64,000 bases of DNA from Magallana gigas (taxonomy: Eukaryota), in the NCBI RefSeq assembly GCF_963853765.1, contig NC_088854.1, positions 33,852,001 to 33,916,000 of the forward strand, read 5' to 3'. The first letter of the stretch is position 1. The number at the start of each line of letters is the position of its first letter. A program made the translations under genes and the position numbers. Shown here in pieces: positions 29,731 to 41,075 of the stretch. Under the pieces are notes generated by a model. The model saw nothing but the letters and a program-made list of their open reading frames with translations, was not told the DNA's origin and ran no database searches.

Positions 29731-31199
29731 ATCTTTCTTTCTTTTTTTAAATACAAATTCTTTTTACTGTGATAATTAAGGTTGCTGTGGTCATATTACT
29801 ATTTGATTTTCGTAAAAAAAAGTCAAAGAAACGCGTCGAAAGAAAGGTAGCCTAGCTACGACGAAGTAAATATTATTTTACATTCTTTCTTGGGATGACT
29901 CGATACCAAGTCAAATAACCATGCAACTGATGTTTGACATAAATGATTCCATTTAATAAACATATAAAGCTTGATGAATATATGACAATAATACTGTATC
30001 ATATCTGGTACACCAAGCACAGTGCATCGAAACTCACTTCGCCATCATTTAATCTAATCCTAATCTGGTGGAAGTTGGGGGGGGGGGGGATTAGTACCTA
30101 TATAAATCCTATTTATTATATTAATGTTGTTATTTTAACCTATTATTTCATCATGCCCCCCTCCCGATAAAAAAATGAAACCAAGGTGGGGTGGACAGGT
30201 CCTTCAAATTTAAATTTTCAATATGTAAATTTAAGAAAAATGCCCCCTCCTGCTAAATATAAAGTTCTAATGTTCAAATTTTTATAAAAATCATTATATT
30301 TATACAAAAAAACATTGTTTTTTTTTAAATTGAATTATGAAAATCTATTTTTAAATACAATTTGATTAAAATCAGATCCTCGATGCTCCCGAATAATTAA
30401 GTATTGCTTCATTGGAACACACATGTATCGTTTACAGATTGCGACAGTATCGATGGTCTGATTTTAATCAGATCATGTCTATTTCAGAACATATAACATT
30501 TATAAAAAAAAAAATTAAAAATTCAAATAATATGACTTTGGAAAAAAGGCGTTTATAATACCTATATTTGGGATTTTTTATCAAAAAGACACACATAAAA
30601 AAAAACCGTTCCTGACAGAGTCGCCACTATGTTTTCAAAGTTCGCGCGAGTCAAATGATATAGGTCCCAACACCCCTAATATACACCCAAAACGTTCTGC
30701 TTCAAATTCCTGTTAATTCTTGGCTACAGATATTTAAACTTCCCGAATCGACATCTGCTGTGGACAACATTAGACTCTTTGGATCTTTTTCAGGAATATT
30801 GCACTGGTTTTCAAACAAAGACAAAACACAACCTGGAAACACAAAGATGTAAGTTTAACCAATCTTTTTTTTTATGTTACATGTATCCTTTTACACCCCC
30901 TACATATAAAGATACTTTCGTTTTGTTTGAATATTGTTATATTGCCAAGTTTTATTTTTATCACTATTTCATTGTGTATATACTATTAGTATTTACTACC
31001 TGCAGTTTATCAATATGTTACATGTATATATGAGAACTTGCAATTTTGTTGGTAAATACACAATACTTTGAACATAAACTTGTATCGATTAATGTTATTA
31101 ATGATCGTTAAATATCATTATCATATTATATATGATCGTTTGATATTGTTATCATGTCCTCTATTTTACAGAAAATAAACATTTTTTAAAAATCCAAAC

Positions 31200-31738
31200 A
31201 TGCCTGATGACCAGAGAATTCGAAGACTACACAATGATCTCAAGGCGAGGCTGGCGATAGACTATCTCCACCCTACAGTTAATGGGGGCACTGACCGTCA
31301 AAGGTTTCTGATGAACTGTAGAGACTATCTGACAACCCCCAGAGAACAGGCCATTGAAAATGTGGTCTATGTGCTGGACATCTTCGAGAAAAAGGGAATC
31401 ATGTCTCCGGGAGAATATGGTAATTTGAAAGAAGTCGTTCGAAATTTGAACGTGGAGATCTTAGAACTGATCAGGGAAGCAGAGGACGGGATAAGACGAA
31501 TAAGGGAAGGGGACGGCGCACAAAATACCGAGAGCAGAGAGAATGCCTCATGTAAGATATCAAAGCTCGGCGATCCATACATGCAACTTATTTTTTGATT
31601 TTGATAATTTTGGTAGATTCAATAAAGTGAATTACGGTACAGAGTTTTTAAATCTTTTTTTCAGATGGTGGCTACATTTGTAACGCAAGAAACATCACAG
31701 TCAATGGGGGACACGTTACCTTTGGACCCATAGGATAA
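31200..31738 (+). CDS. 141-aa death-effector-domain-like protein with a C-terminal RHIM/cRHIM-like motif
   Basis: Coding exons 31200-31551 and 31665-31738 (phase 1, GTAAG...TTTTTTTCAG). A non-coding exon ends at 30848 (GTAAGT) and splices to an acceptor at 31171. DED-like pattern FLMNCRDYL...VLDIFEKKGIMSPGEYGNLKEVVRNLNVEILELIREAE. Tail YGGYICNARNITVNGGHVTFGPIG*. No caspase domain. Confidence 0.8.
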
Positions 31739-34700
31739 GCTCTCCGTTGATCTTGGAGTTTCAATACCCGTTTTAGCATCAAATTTTATCTTAGAGACCA
31801 CTAATAAACCTCAAAACATTTTGATGCATGTAATCATTAGATATTTTTAGAATTCTTTAAAGTTCATACATTCAAAATATTTGCGATTGTTTTACTTCAA
31901 AATATATAATTGATATTCGCAATTGATTTATTGCATTAATGCCATTTGCAAATTGTACCAAATGTCTTATTTTTCTCGCTTGGATGTGTATTTTTTGTTA
32001 GTGATAGACCACACGGTTGTGGGGATACATATTTGTGCTTGTGTATAGTTATATAGGACCCACCTCGTCATTGTTTTCGTCTGTGATTTCCTTCCCTTCC
32101 ACGTGTGTCCATCCTTTCATTAATATCTATGCGCACTTACATTTTGTAAGGAAGTAGATTCGGGACCTTGGAATACTCCAATAATGTAGTGGTCGATGGA
32201 AGTGTACCCATATAAGAGTTAACCCACTGTCTTAAAGAATGCTTTACACATGCAGTAGTTTCATTTTTCATTTTTTATTGTATTGTCAAAGTTTACTATT
32301 TTGACTGAATATATAATATTAATTGTTGTGTAACGTGTACTTTATATCTTTGTATCATGTTTTATTAAGTTTACTGACATCTATCAAATCAGTGTATATC
32401 TTTTAATTACAAAGATGTTTGCAAACAATATCATTTTGTGAAAACTTGTGTAGAAAGAGCCATGTGCTTAACTGTTTCACAACCTCCTCCGAGTTCGACT
32501 TACCAATCGTGTTTTGTTGGGTTTCTGTATACGATTAGACGATATTAATTAAAAGTGAATGTTCATTAATGATGTCATAAATAAGACGATATATGAAACT
32601 ATTATCTACAGACAATAAAGTCTAACCCTTGTCGCTTAGTAGAAATGACACTTTTCTGCATGGTTACATGTATGTGTGACTGCAAACCCCTCCTAGCGAT
32701 ACCTCCATACCATGTGCCCATCAACTGGATGGCCGCCAGGATCAAATCACAATATACACAGAAAAACGTTAATACCTAACTTTAATTACACAACATGTAG
32801 ATCGTTAAATTAATTGTCTAACCACAAGCCTTCAGACTGGCATATGGAGAAAGTACCTTTTATAAGTCGGTCTTATTCAAGTGACCTCAAAAGCCTGTGT
32901 TTACTATATACATGTAGTACCTAGTTACCAGGTGCTAATTTCTTTCAAATCTCGTTGCAGTTACTATAGTATCCAGTCACTACATAATAGCTAACTACAT
33001 GTTTACTTGCGACTAACATCCATTATACTTTATTGATTGTACACAATTTAACGAAGTTTTACAATTTATTAAAGACAAGACACTCTTAATACAGTCAAAC
33101 TTAAAATGGTTTAAAGTAAAAAGTCAAATATTGAAATAAACACTTAGAAAAGTTAATTTATGTTGAATAAGGTTTTGGCTAAAACTAGATATAATATACA
33201 TGTAAATAACAGTTATTAAGAATGTGATAAACTTCAATAGTAAACAAAATGTTTATATTTGTGCCTCTATTGGACCTTTATACAAAGCAAAATATTTAAT
33301 GAACAATCAATGAAAATTTCAAGTGATAACTAGAAGTACTTAACGAAAGGAATGAGCTACAAGTACATGTACATCACAGAGAGTCACTACAACAGCACTA
33401 AATGGGTGAGAGCTATTGCTTCAAGACGTTCCTCCACAACAAACAATTCCGGTCCTATGTATGGTGTTTTTCTCCCCGTGGTTATCTCCACTTTGATACG
33501 TACATCTTACGTGGGTTCCCCTCTGTTCCAAGGTTCCATAATATACAACCCATCGTCCTCGTGCTCCCCTATCCCCCTCTTAGCTTCCAACCATTTATTT
33601 CATCGTCTGAAATAGGTGGTGGCACGTGACTAATTATCCGGCCGCGGCGATTCCAGTAAATTATCCCCCAACTCATACTAGTACAAACAGACAGACAACG
33701 TGATCATACACACATATCTTTAAAGTCGTATCCAGCTGGCCAATATTCACTTCTTTGAGACGAGCGAGCGGGTTTGTGCGAATCTTCATGCAGGTTTTCT
33801 GGTTAGCCTACACAGAAATATACACACAGGATGTTCGTTAAAAATGCCGCATCATAATTTCTAAGAAATTTCAGTGATAATTATTGTAACAATGTAAAGG
33901 AATAAATCTTAAGCTTAAATAAAAATATTAGAATCTATCACATTAATACTTTTAGGCAACGTACCTTATTACTACATTTCTATGAAAGAGCGAAGGCCTT
34001 CAAATCCAGTGCGGAACAGGAAGGGGTTGGGCATGGGAACACATTGGAGGAAATGGCAGCGCATCTTGTACATGTGCATATACATGTATAAATATATGGA
34101 ACCTTGGAACAGGGAAAATTTCAGGTGACCCTGAGCTTTACATTAGTCATTGTGTCGATGTATAGGGGAAGCTTGGCGCCGGTGTCTGGTTTGTAGTAGA
34201 AGCCTCCACACTGGTTGCTGATGGGAGGGGCTAGACCTTGACCGACCATCATGTGACCTCCACCCCAACCTAACCTCCACCCCAGCGACATTTACATGCT
34301 GTAATCGCTATTTTTTCAATAACAAATTGGCTATTTGACGGCTGTACATGTACATACAAATTTACCATATTTATCCGAATTTATTCCATCCGTTCTTAGA
34401 TGGCAAATTGACGCACTATCGGACGAATTAAAAAATTGCTATTGTACAAAAAGTAAGAAATAGAATTTAGATACTAAATTAAAATTGTGCACAAATTATA
34501 ATTCAAATTTACGAATATAAATCAAGTTTCCTTTACAAACGTTTCTTAAAAAATAGAAGAAAGTATAATTATTTATGTGACAATCTTCTAAATTATAAAA
34601 TATATTGAATTTCAAATGGAATGTAGAATGTACTTACATGTACTTTAAAAAAAAAATTCTGTACAATACTTTTGGATTTAATTCATTGAAATTAATTTAA

Positions 34701-34752
34701 AAAGTTACTGAAAGGGGGGGGGGGGGGTTGTATAACAACGATCTGAATAAAT

Positions 34753-35944
34753 CTACAATGGAGTCGATGAGGTCGGTGCAAGGTCTGAGCCTCGCCCCCC
34801 GTCAACGCAGCTTGACAGTTTGGGGGAGGGGAGAGATTCGCCGGAGGGGGTAGGAGATAGAGACTCCCGGGACACACATCTGTGGAGGGGGTTCCCCTCC
34901 TCCTCCTCCTCCTCCTGTCTCCACGTCTCTGTGATGAACCTCTGAAATTAAAAAGATAGAGGAAACTTTGAGTCTCATTTTAAAAGATTTTGATATAGGC
35001 GTTCGCGGATCCAGATTTTATCCCCACAATGAAGGTTGGAGGGCTCTCGGACCTATTCTCTTTTGAGAAGTGGACAGGCATAGCCTACATCTCCATGTAG
35101 GCTATGCCTGTCCACCTCTCAAAAGAGAATAGGTCCGAGGGATAATTATACTAGCCATAAATACTTTAAGCCCATTTTTGGTAACTTAAATCTGTGAATC
35201 TAATAACTACCCCATCTATATTGCCAATGTGTTATTTTAACAGATATATAACGGGATTGGGTATGGGTTGAACTCATTCAGAGAATTGCTAATATTGCAA
35301 TAGATGCATGCTTTAAGAAACAATGTCGTACATTTCTGATTGAAATCAACAATCGAGTTGACAGTGATGTCAACAAGGTACATGCACTATCAATGGAACT
35401 TTTCTTCCTTTTTTGAGTTACATACAGAAGATAAGACTTTCCTAACTGACAAATAAGGTTGCATTAGTTAGAAATGATACAGAATACGTGAGATACTACG
35501 CCTATACACATAACTTTACCCATATAAATGTTCGTTTTACTTACCATTACTGCAGGCCCCTTGGTCAGCAAAGCTATGGTGCTTGCTGACAGCACAACGG
35601 TGGGCTGGAACAAAGAAGAACAAATCATTGATTAAAACTGGTGTACTAGTATTACTAAGGTTGCATGCGGTACTTTCAATAATGTAAATATACAAATACA
35701 AAGAATACTCAAATAGCAAAGCTCAAGCGCGGATCTAGCGGAGGTTGAGGAGGGGCCTCGGAAACACCACACTCTCTGCTAAAAAATTATCCCTTTGATC
35801 CCTCCCTTATTTTTTTTTTCAATCTGCAAATGTAGCTAAATAAACCAAAGAAGAAAATTAGACGAGGCACTGGTTGCTTACCAAAAACCCCATGCCACAA
35901 GTCTGGCCGAGCTCTGTCATCATCTGACATGCAATGTCAGCCAT
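34753..35944 (-). CDS. Uncharacterised 103-aa protein, 3 coding exons, central hydrophobic segment and Glu run
   Basis: Exons 35882-35944, 35545-35604, 34753-34941, all phase 0 with strong GTAAG donors and pyrimidine-AG acceptors. A 5' UTR exon has its donor at 36052. Protein MADIACQMMTELGQTCGMGFLPTVVLSASTIALLTKGPAVMRFITETWRQEEEEEEGNPLHRCVSRESLSPTPSGESLPSPKLSSCVDGGRGSDLAPTSSTPL. Confidence 0.7.
35046..35139. repeat. Near-perfect hairpin (44-bp arms, 6-nt loop, 1 mismatch) in an intron
   Basis: CTCGGACCTATTCTCTTTTGAGAAGTGGACAGGCATAGCCTACA-tctcca-TGTAGGCTATGCCTGTCCACCTCTCAAAAGAGAATAGGTCCGAG. Confidence 0.92.
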
Positions 35945-36158
35945 CTTCTCTCTGAAATTCAAAACAATAAATAATTTATGCTCTGATATCTGTTAATTTT
36001 TCTTTTATATAAGAAAAATTGTTTTCAAAAATATTTTTAAGCATCGACTTACCTGGTAAAGAGAGGGAAAGGTTTATTAAAACCGAACATATCCAAAACT
36101 TATTCTCTAGCGGCAGCGCAAACAAACAAAACTTAAGTTATTACTAGCTTAGTAATTG

Positions 36159-36191
36159 TGACGTCACAACCCGTCATGCATTGTGACGTCA
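36159..36191. promoter_or_regulatory. Two palindromic CRE sites (TGACGTCA) just upstream of the 103-aa gene
   Basis: TGACGTCA at 36159-36166 and 36184-36191. A third copy at 36555-36562 lies inside the adjacent element. Confidence 0.45.
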
Positions 36192-36226
36192 TTGGATTGA
36201 CCCCAGTAGGATAGCCTGACATTATA

Positions 36227-36662
36227 GCATTGAATCATGATTTTTTGAAGTATACACTCTCATAACTGCCGCGGTGTGTGCATACAAATTGAGTAACGCG
36301 CGTTAGCGCGTTATGAAAATTTGTATGCACACACCGCGGCAGTTATGAGAGTGTATACTTCAAAAAATCATGATTTAATGCTTATATTTACATTTTTTTA
36401 ACTTCTTGCCTTGTCTGCAAATGTGAATTATACCTTAAAATTCCGATCTTATCCTAAGGGTAAGTTAACATTAATGGAAGAGCCACAGTAACAGCCACAA
36501 GCGTGAACTTTGATTTTCGCTTGTGACGTTGCAGTTTACAGCGTTCAACGTTTGTGACGTCATAATAAAACTCGTCAATTTGACCTTTGACTACTTGTTG
36601 CATTTAGAGGCATTTAAACATCACGGAATTTAATGGAAAAACACAGTAGAATGTAAATATAG
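36227..36662. mobile_element. Palindromic MITE-like element with a 155-bp hairpin (36227-36381) plus an adjoining repeat
   Basis: GCATTGAATCATGATTTTTTGAAGTATACACTCTCATAACTGCCGCGGTGTGTGCATACAAATT pairs with AATTTGTATGCACACACCGCGGCAGTTATGAGAGTGTATACTTCAAAAAATCATGATTTAATGC. It is followed by CTTATATTTACATT...AATGTAAATATAGG inverted ends. Confidence 0.8.
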
Positions 36663-36789
36663 GTCAATAAATTTTGTGTTTGAAATATTCTCTTATCTGC
36701 TAATAACTCCTCATTCTTCTTTTTTTCAGAAAAAGCATAATTCAGTTTGATTTACATGCATTCCAAAATTTCACCCAATCTGTGTGTGA

Positions 36790-37043
36790 CGGAGAGTTGG
36801 TTATGGAATTATAGCCAATTGGGTTAATCGCAACTCGTTCCAAAAATATCGATGAATCTTACCACGGGTCTATGACAACTCATCGAAAGACAACTCATCG
36901 AAAAAAATTCATCGATGAGTTGTCGTCATCCACGAGATGTCTTTCGTTGACATGTCACGTCGGTGAGTTTTATTTTCGATTAGTTGACTTTCGATGAGTT
37001 GTCGCATTCGGCGAGTTGTCTTTCGATGAGATGTCCGGCACCG
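36790..37043. mobile_element. Foldback-type repeat built from 15-bp GACAACTCATCGAAA units
   Basis: GACAACTCATCGAAA occurs twice from 36874, inverted against several TTTCGATGAGTTGTC variants up to 37035. Confidence 0.7.
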
Positions 37044-38269
37044 CTCTGAAGCTCCGATTCCTCAATTACACAATGTACCATACCCGTTTTGATTTTTGCA
37101 TCCACGCCTGTTTTTATGCTCATAAATATTAAGGTAGATCGTGTCACAGGGGCCAATCTTTATTTATATGGTTACATTGAAATTAATGTTAAAACGGGCT
37201 CGGCCCCTGTGGATCGTGTGTTTTATATGTGTAGCGTCGCTGGTATGGGATTCAATTAGCGCCCCATCTATTTGGTATGGCATCTTTCCCCATTTTGCTT
37301 TGCAATTAATCTTATAAGAATAAATGATGCAAAATACCGTCCTATGATAATGCATGTAAGCGATGAAAGAATGCGTTCGTTGTTTTGTTTTTGATAAACG
37401 GCAAAATAATTTATGAAGGATATCAGTCTCGGGTGGCCATTCGTCTTATATGTACATCCCTTATGACTACTTTGTCTTCGGAGATTTGTCAACACATTAA
37501 TTATTATGCATGAAGACTAATACAGGTCTTGAGGTACAATTCACTAGTACTTTGTGCCTATTTACATGATTACGATGTCCAGGTTACACATGACTGCATG
37601 ATGCGAGTCTTCAGGATTTTTATAAGTGCATGACAGAGCAGAAATTTCTGTTGCCAAATAAAACAAATTATATAATTAGGCTATTATATGTAAGTAAGTA
37701 AGTAAATGAATTATTATAGTGACGTGTTTTATGAACAAATAAAGATACATGTATATGATATAATGCCTTAATGAATAAACACCCGGCCCATCGGACCTAT
37801 ATGTCACCTTATAAACATGAATATACAAATAATTGTCCCCCGTGACAGCAAATAGTTGCTTCCTACAGAAGAAAAATTTATTTGTCGATTTGCATGTTTT
37901 CTTCATGATAAAATGAGTTATCGGACTTCGAATGTAATGTTTGCGACTCGAATTACGTCAAAGTTTCGAGTTTAAAAACTATGAAAATCAAATGCCGCTG
38001 GCTAATAGTTTTGATGGCTACAAATTCACCATGGGCAGATAGAACGAAAGCTATTCCATGGTTAGATGGGATACACTGTATCATGTTTATTCGACGAAAT
38101 TTCAAATAGAAAATATTCTCAGAGGTATAATAATATATACATTGTGACAATGGTTTTCTCGGGGGGGTTACCCCCCGCCCCCCCCCCAAATAAAAAAAAA
38201 AACAACAAAAAACAGGCACTATATATTGTGACATGTTTTGATTTCAATCAATGCATCAATGAATTTTGT

Positions 38270-38545
38270 GGATGGAAAAGAATAGTCTTACACATACTAT
38301 GGCAAAATGATAGCGTTTAAATTGAATTGCATTCTTTTTCAAAGTGTTTGTTGGAGACGCATGACCTAATAGTCTGCATAACTGCAGAGACTTTCTGTTA
38401 ATACACAGAACAGGCCATAGGAAATGTGGCCAAGGTGCTTTTAGCAAAAATGATATTTGAGAGAAGTCGTTAGAGATTTGAACGTTGAGATCTTAGAACG
38501 AATCAGGGTATTAGAGAACGGGATAAAACAAATTAGATATTTGAG
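38270..38545 (+). pseudogene. Decayed paralog of the DED exon of the 31.2-kb gene
   Basis: Aligns by eye to 31205-31505 (AACTGCAGAGACTTTCTG / AACTGTAGAGACTATCTG; GAGAAGTCGTTAGAGATTTGAACGTTGAGATCTTAGAAC / AAGAAGTCGTTCGAAATTTGAACGTGGAGATCTTAGAAC). It has an in-frame TGA, a 2-nt deletion and a ~30-nt deletion. Confidence 0.85.
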
Positions 38546-38847
38546 ACTTGCAAATAAATAAAGAACACGCCTAATTTTGACAAGCAGTTGTCATGTCATA
38601 TTTGGGAGTTGATTTTAATCAACTCTCCTATGCAGTTACTCTGGCAAACCGAAAGTGAAACAGTGTTTGGACCTAAGCACAAATCATCACCGCTGACAAG
38701 ACTTAGTTCTTGAAAATAATAGAAAAATTCAAAGTAATGTATGCTGAAGCATTGTTTTTCAAGGAAACTTTGAAAATAGTAAGATTTTATGTAATACGCA
38801 CAACTAAGATATTTTTATAGTCTCATGTATTCCTACGCCAGAGTTTA

Positions 38848-38967
38848 ATATAGCCTCGTTCAACCAAACGCTCGGCTGTCTCCGTAAATCTCCGACAAGC
38901 AGAAAGGTTCTCTTGCTTGTCGGAGATTAACGGAGACAGCCGAGCGTCTGGTTGAACGAGACTATAT
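38848..38967. mobile_element. Palindromic MITE (~115 bp) with TA flanks
   Basis: TAGCCTCGTTCAACCAAACGCTCGGCTGTCTCCGTAAATCTCCGACAAGCA pairs with TGCTTGTCGGAGATTAACGGAGACAGCCGAGCGTCTGGTTGAACGAGACTA. Confidence 0.9.
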
Positions 38968-39254
38968 TTCGATATCAATAGTGCTTGGATCCATAAAAAT
39001 TTTTGAATTGCTTCGATTACTAATACATAGTTTGAAATCTATCTTTAAATATTACACAACATGATTCATATGGGGTTTCTCGAAATTCTTGTAGGAAAAT
39101 TCTAAAATTCATATAATAAAAAAGTGCGTAATTCAAATACAGACTAGAAACTAATTGCCATGCAAGATAAGTTTATATAAAATAAATGATAATCGATAAA
39201 ATCAACTCCCGTCACACTACCCGGTAAATTCATGATTTACAACATGGTAGTTAT

Positions 39255-39499
39255 ATGAAAACGCAAAGGAAAAGAGTGCAAGAGGGCTACAAAGTCATTA
39301 AAGGACGGACGGTCAGCAGACTCAAGAAAAGGTCTGCTGGTAAGATTTCTTTAAACTTGGTAACAAAAAGGTGGACGTACAATTTTCAAAGGTTAAAATC
39401 ATGTGCGTTTATAACTTTGCTTTAGCTTGTAGCTGCACAATAAATGCAGAAAACGTCATAGTAAACGGAGGAGCTGTGACATTTGGAAGCATAGGGTGA
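39255..39499 (+). CDS. Putative 52-aa peptide carrying only the RHIM-like motif (intact last exon of the paralog)
   Basis: Exons 39255-39339 (GTAAG donor, phase 1) and 39426-39499 (74 nt, same length and phase as 31665-31738) give MKTQRKRVQEGYKVIKGRTVSRLKKRSAACSCTINAENVIVNGGAVTFGSIG*. The start codon and expression are unproven. Confidence 0.45.
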
Positions 39500-40884
39500 A
39501 CTCATCGATGGCTTTAAGGTGTCTGGTGTTCATACTTTTGGAATTATTCTTAATGATACTGAAAAGTTTTGTAACAATCATTGCTAATGAATTAAGATAT
39601 CAACAAACCAATTGTTTGATTTGATGTCTTGGTCATTAACGACTATATCTTCTAATGAAACCCTATAAACTGTCATGTTGTGAATTTTGAATTTACCGGC
39701 AGTAAATACAAAATTCACAACATGACAACTCCTTTTAAACCATCGATGATATTTTTGCTTTTTGCTCATTATTGATGGGAAACGTGCTGTGTTTTTGGTT
39801 ATGTTTGTGAGGTTTTTTTTATTTACGACACCTTGCTTGAGATTATATTAATTTCCGTATTTTTTTCCTACTTTGGTCCTTCCAGTGTCTGTTGTTGTTG
39901 TTGGGTTTTTTTTAATTCGCTGTCTCGCGTACTTTATTATTATCTGTTTACAATTACTTACATGTATTAGGTTTGTTACTGACTAACTGACTACGGAAAT
40001 ATATCGGGTTGACAAATCTCATAGACGGCTCAGAGTAACTAACATAATGAGTGTTTTGTTTTCCAAAAGACTTAGTATCAAATGAGACATTTTTTTTTTC
40101 TCACAAGAAGCTATGATCTTCGAAAATTCTCGTAAAATTGGCGTTACATCTCGTTCAGTTTAACACGATCAAAGTCTTCAAAATTCTCGTTCCCAGCTTT
40201 CAAATAGTCTTCGCTGCGCCCTTGTTTAATTGCAATGGTTTTTTTTGTATATTTAATTTTGAACGTTATTTTGCTATTCTTTGCAGAGGTTTGAGCAAAT
40301 ATCGACGCTGCCGTTTATTTTATTATGCTATAGACACAACAAAGTGACGTCGATTCAGAGGGCAACTACTGAACTTACAAAATGCGGTTTCTGTATAAAA
40401 TATTATGAAACGTCGGCCATATTGCCGAATATAAGTTCTCACCCGACGGACATAGAGATATATCCGGTGTAATGAAGAATAATGACCCCCGTAAAATAAT
40501 GACCGGGGTCATTTTTCTACGTAGAATAATGACCCCTTTGCCTGAAGAATAAATGTCATTTTCATAAAAATGAGCACACTCCACATGAAGAAAAGTGACC
40601 CCTGTAGAATAATGACCCCCTTATAGATTAAAGTTTTTCAGTATATTTTTTTATTATTTGTGAAATAGTCTTTACAGTATTGTAATTTTTACTGCTGCAG
40701 TTTACAGAAAGTAACAGAAATTAAAATTCATATTCAAATAAACTTAAAGTAAATGAAGGGGTATATCTTAGAAAATAAAAAAATCCTTCCGTTATAACAA
40801 GATATTGACGTATTGCATCGGGGTATGGTTGTCATCTTAACAATTACATTTACATATATCTATGGTGTTCCGATAGGACCACTT

Positions 40885-41075
40885 CGACCTTAGGGCAAAG
40901 ATGCGAAGTTGCAAAGGCGATAGTACGAAGGCGAAGGAGCAAAAGGGCGAAGATGCGACGACGAAGCGCGAAGATGTGATGCCTAAAGTGCGAAGGAGCG
41001 ATACTACTATCGCTCCTTCCCAACTTTGCACTCTGGCTTTCGCATCTTCGCACTTTCGCATTCGCCTTTTTTTAT
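40885..41075. repeat. Self-complementary GCGAAG-unit repeat; an inverted second copy lies at 44540-44672
   Basis: Short GCGAAG/CTTCGC units arranged as a hairpin around GATACTACTATC. The second copy is its reverse complement. Confidence 0.75.

Noticed and set aside
33352-33629. Two plus-strand ORFs and a 15-nt inverted match (GGAACCTTGGAACAG) with ~34100
   Set aside because: No homology or splice chain that I could build; the match is too short to interpret.
34692-34877. 61-aa ORF and an Arg-run frame resembling a neuropeptide or protamine
   Set aside because: Alternative frames of the last exon of the 103-aa gene; only the phase-0 frame joins the upstream exons.
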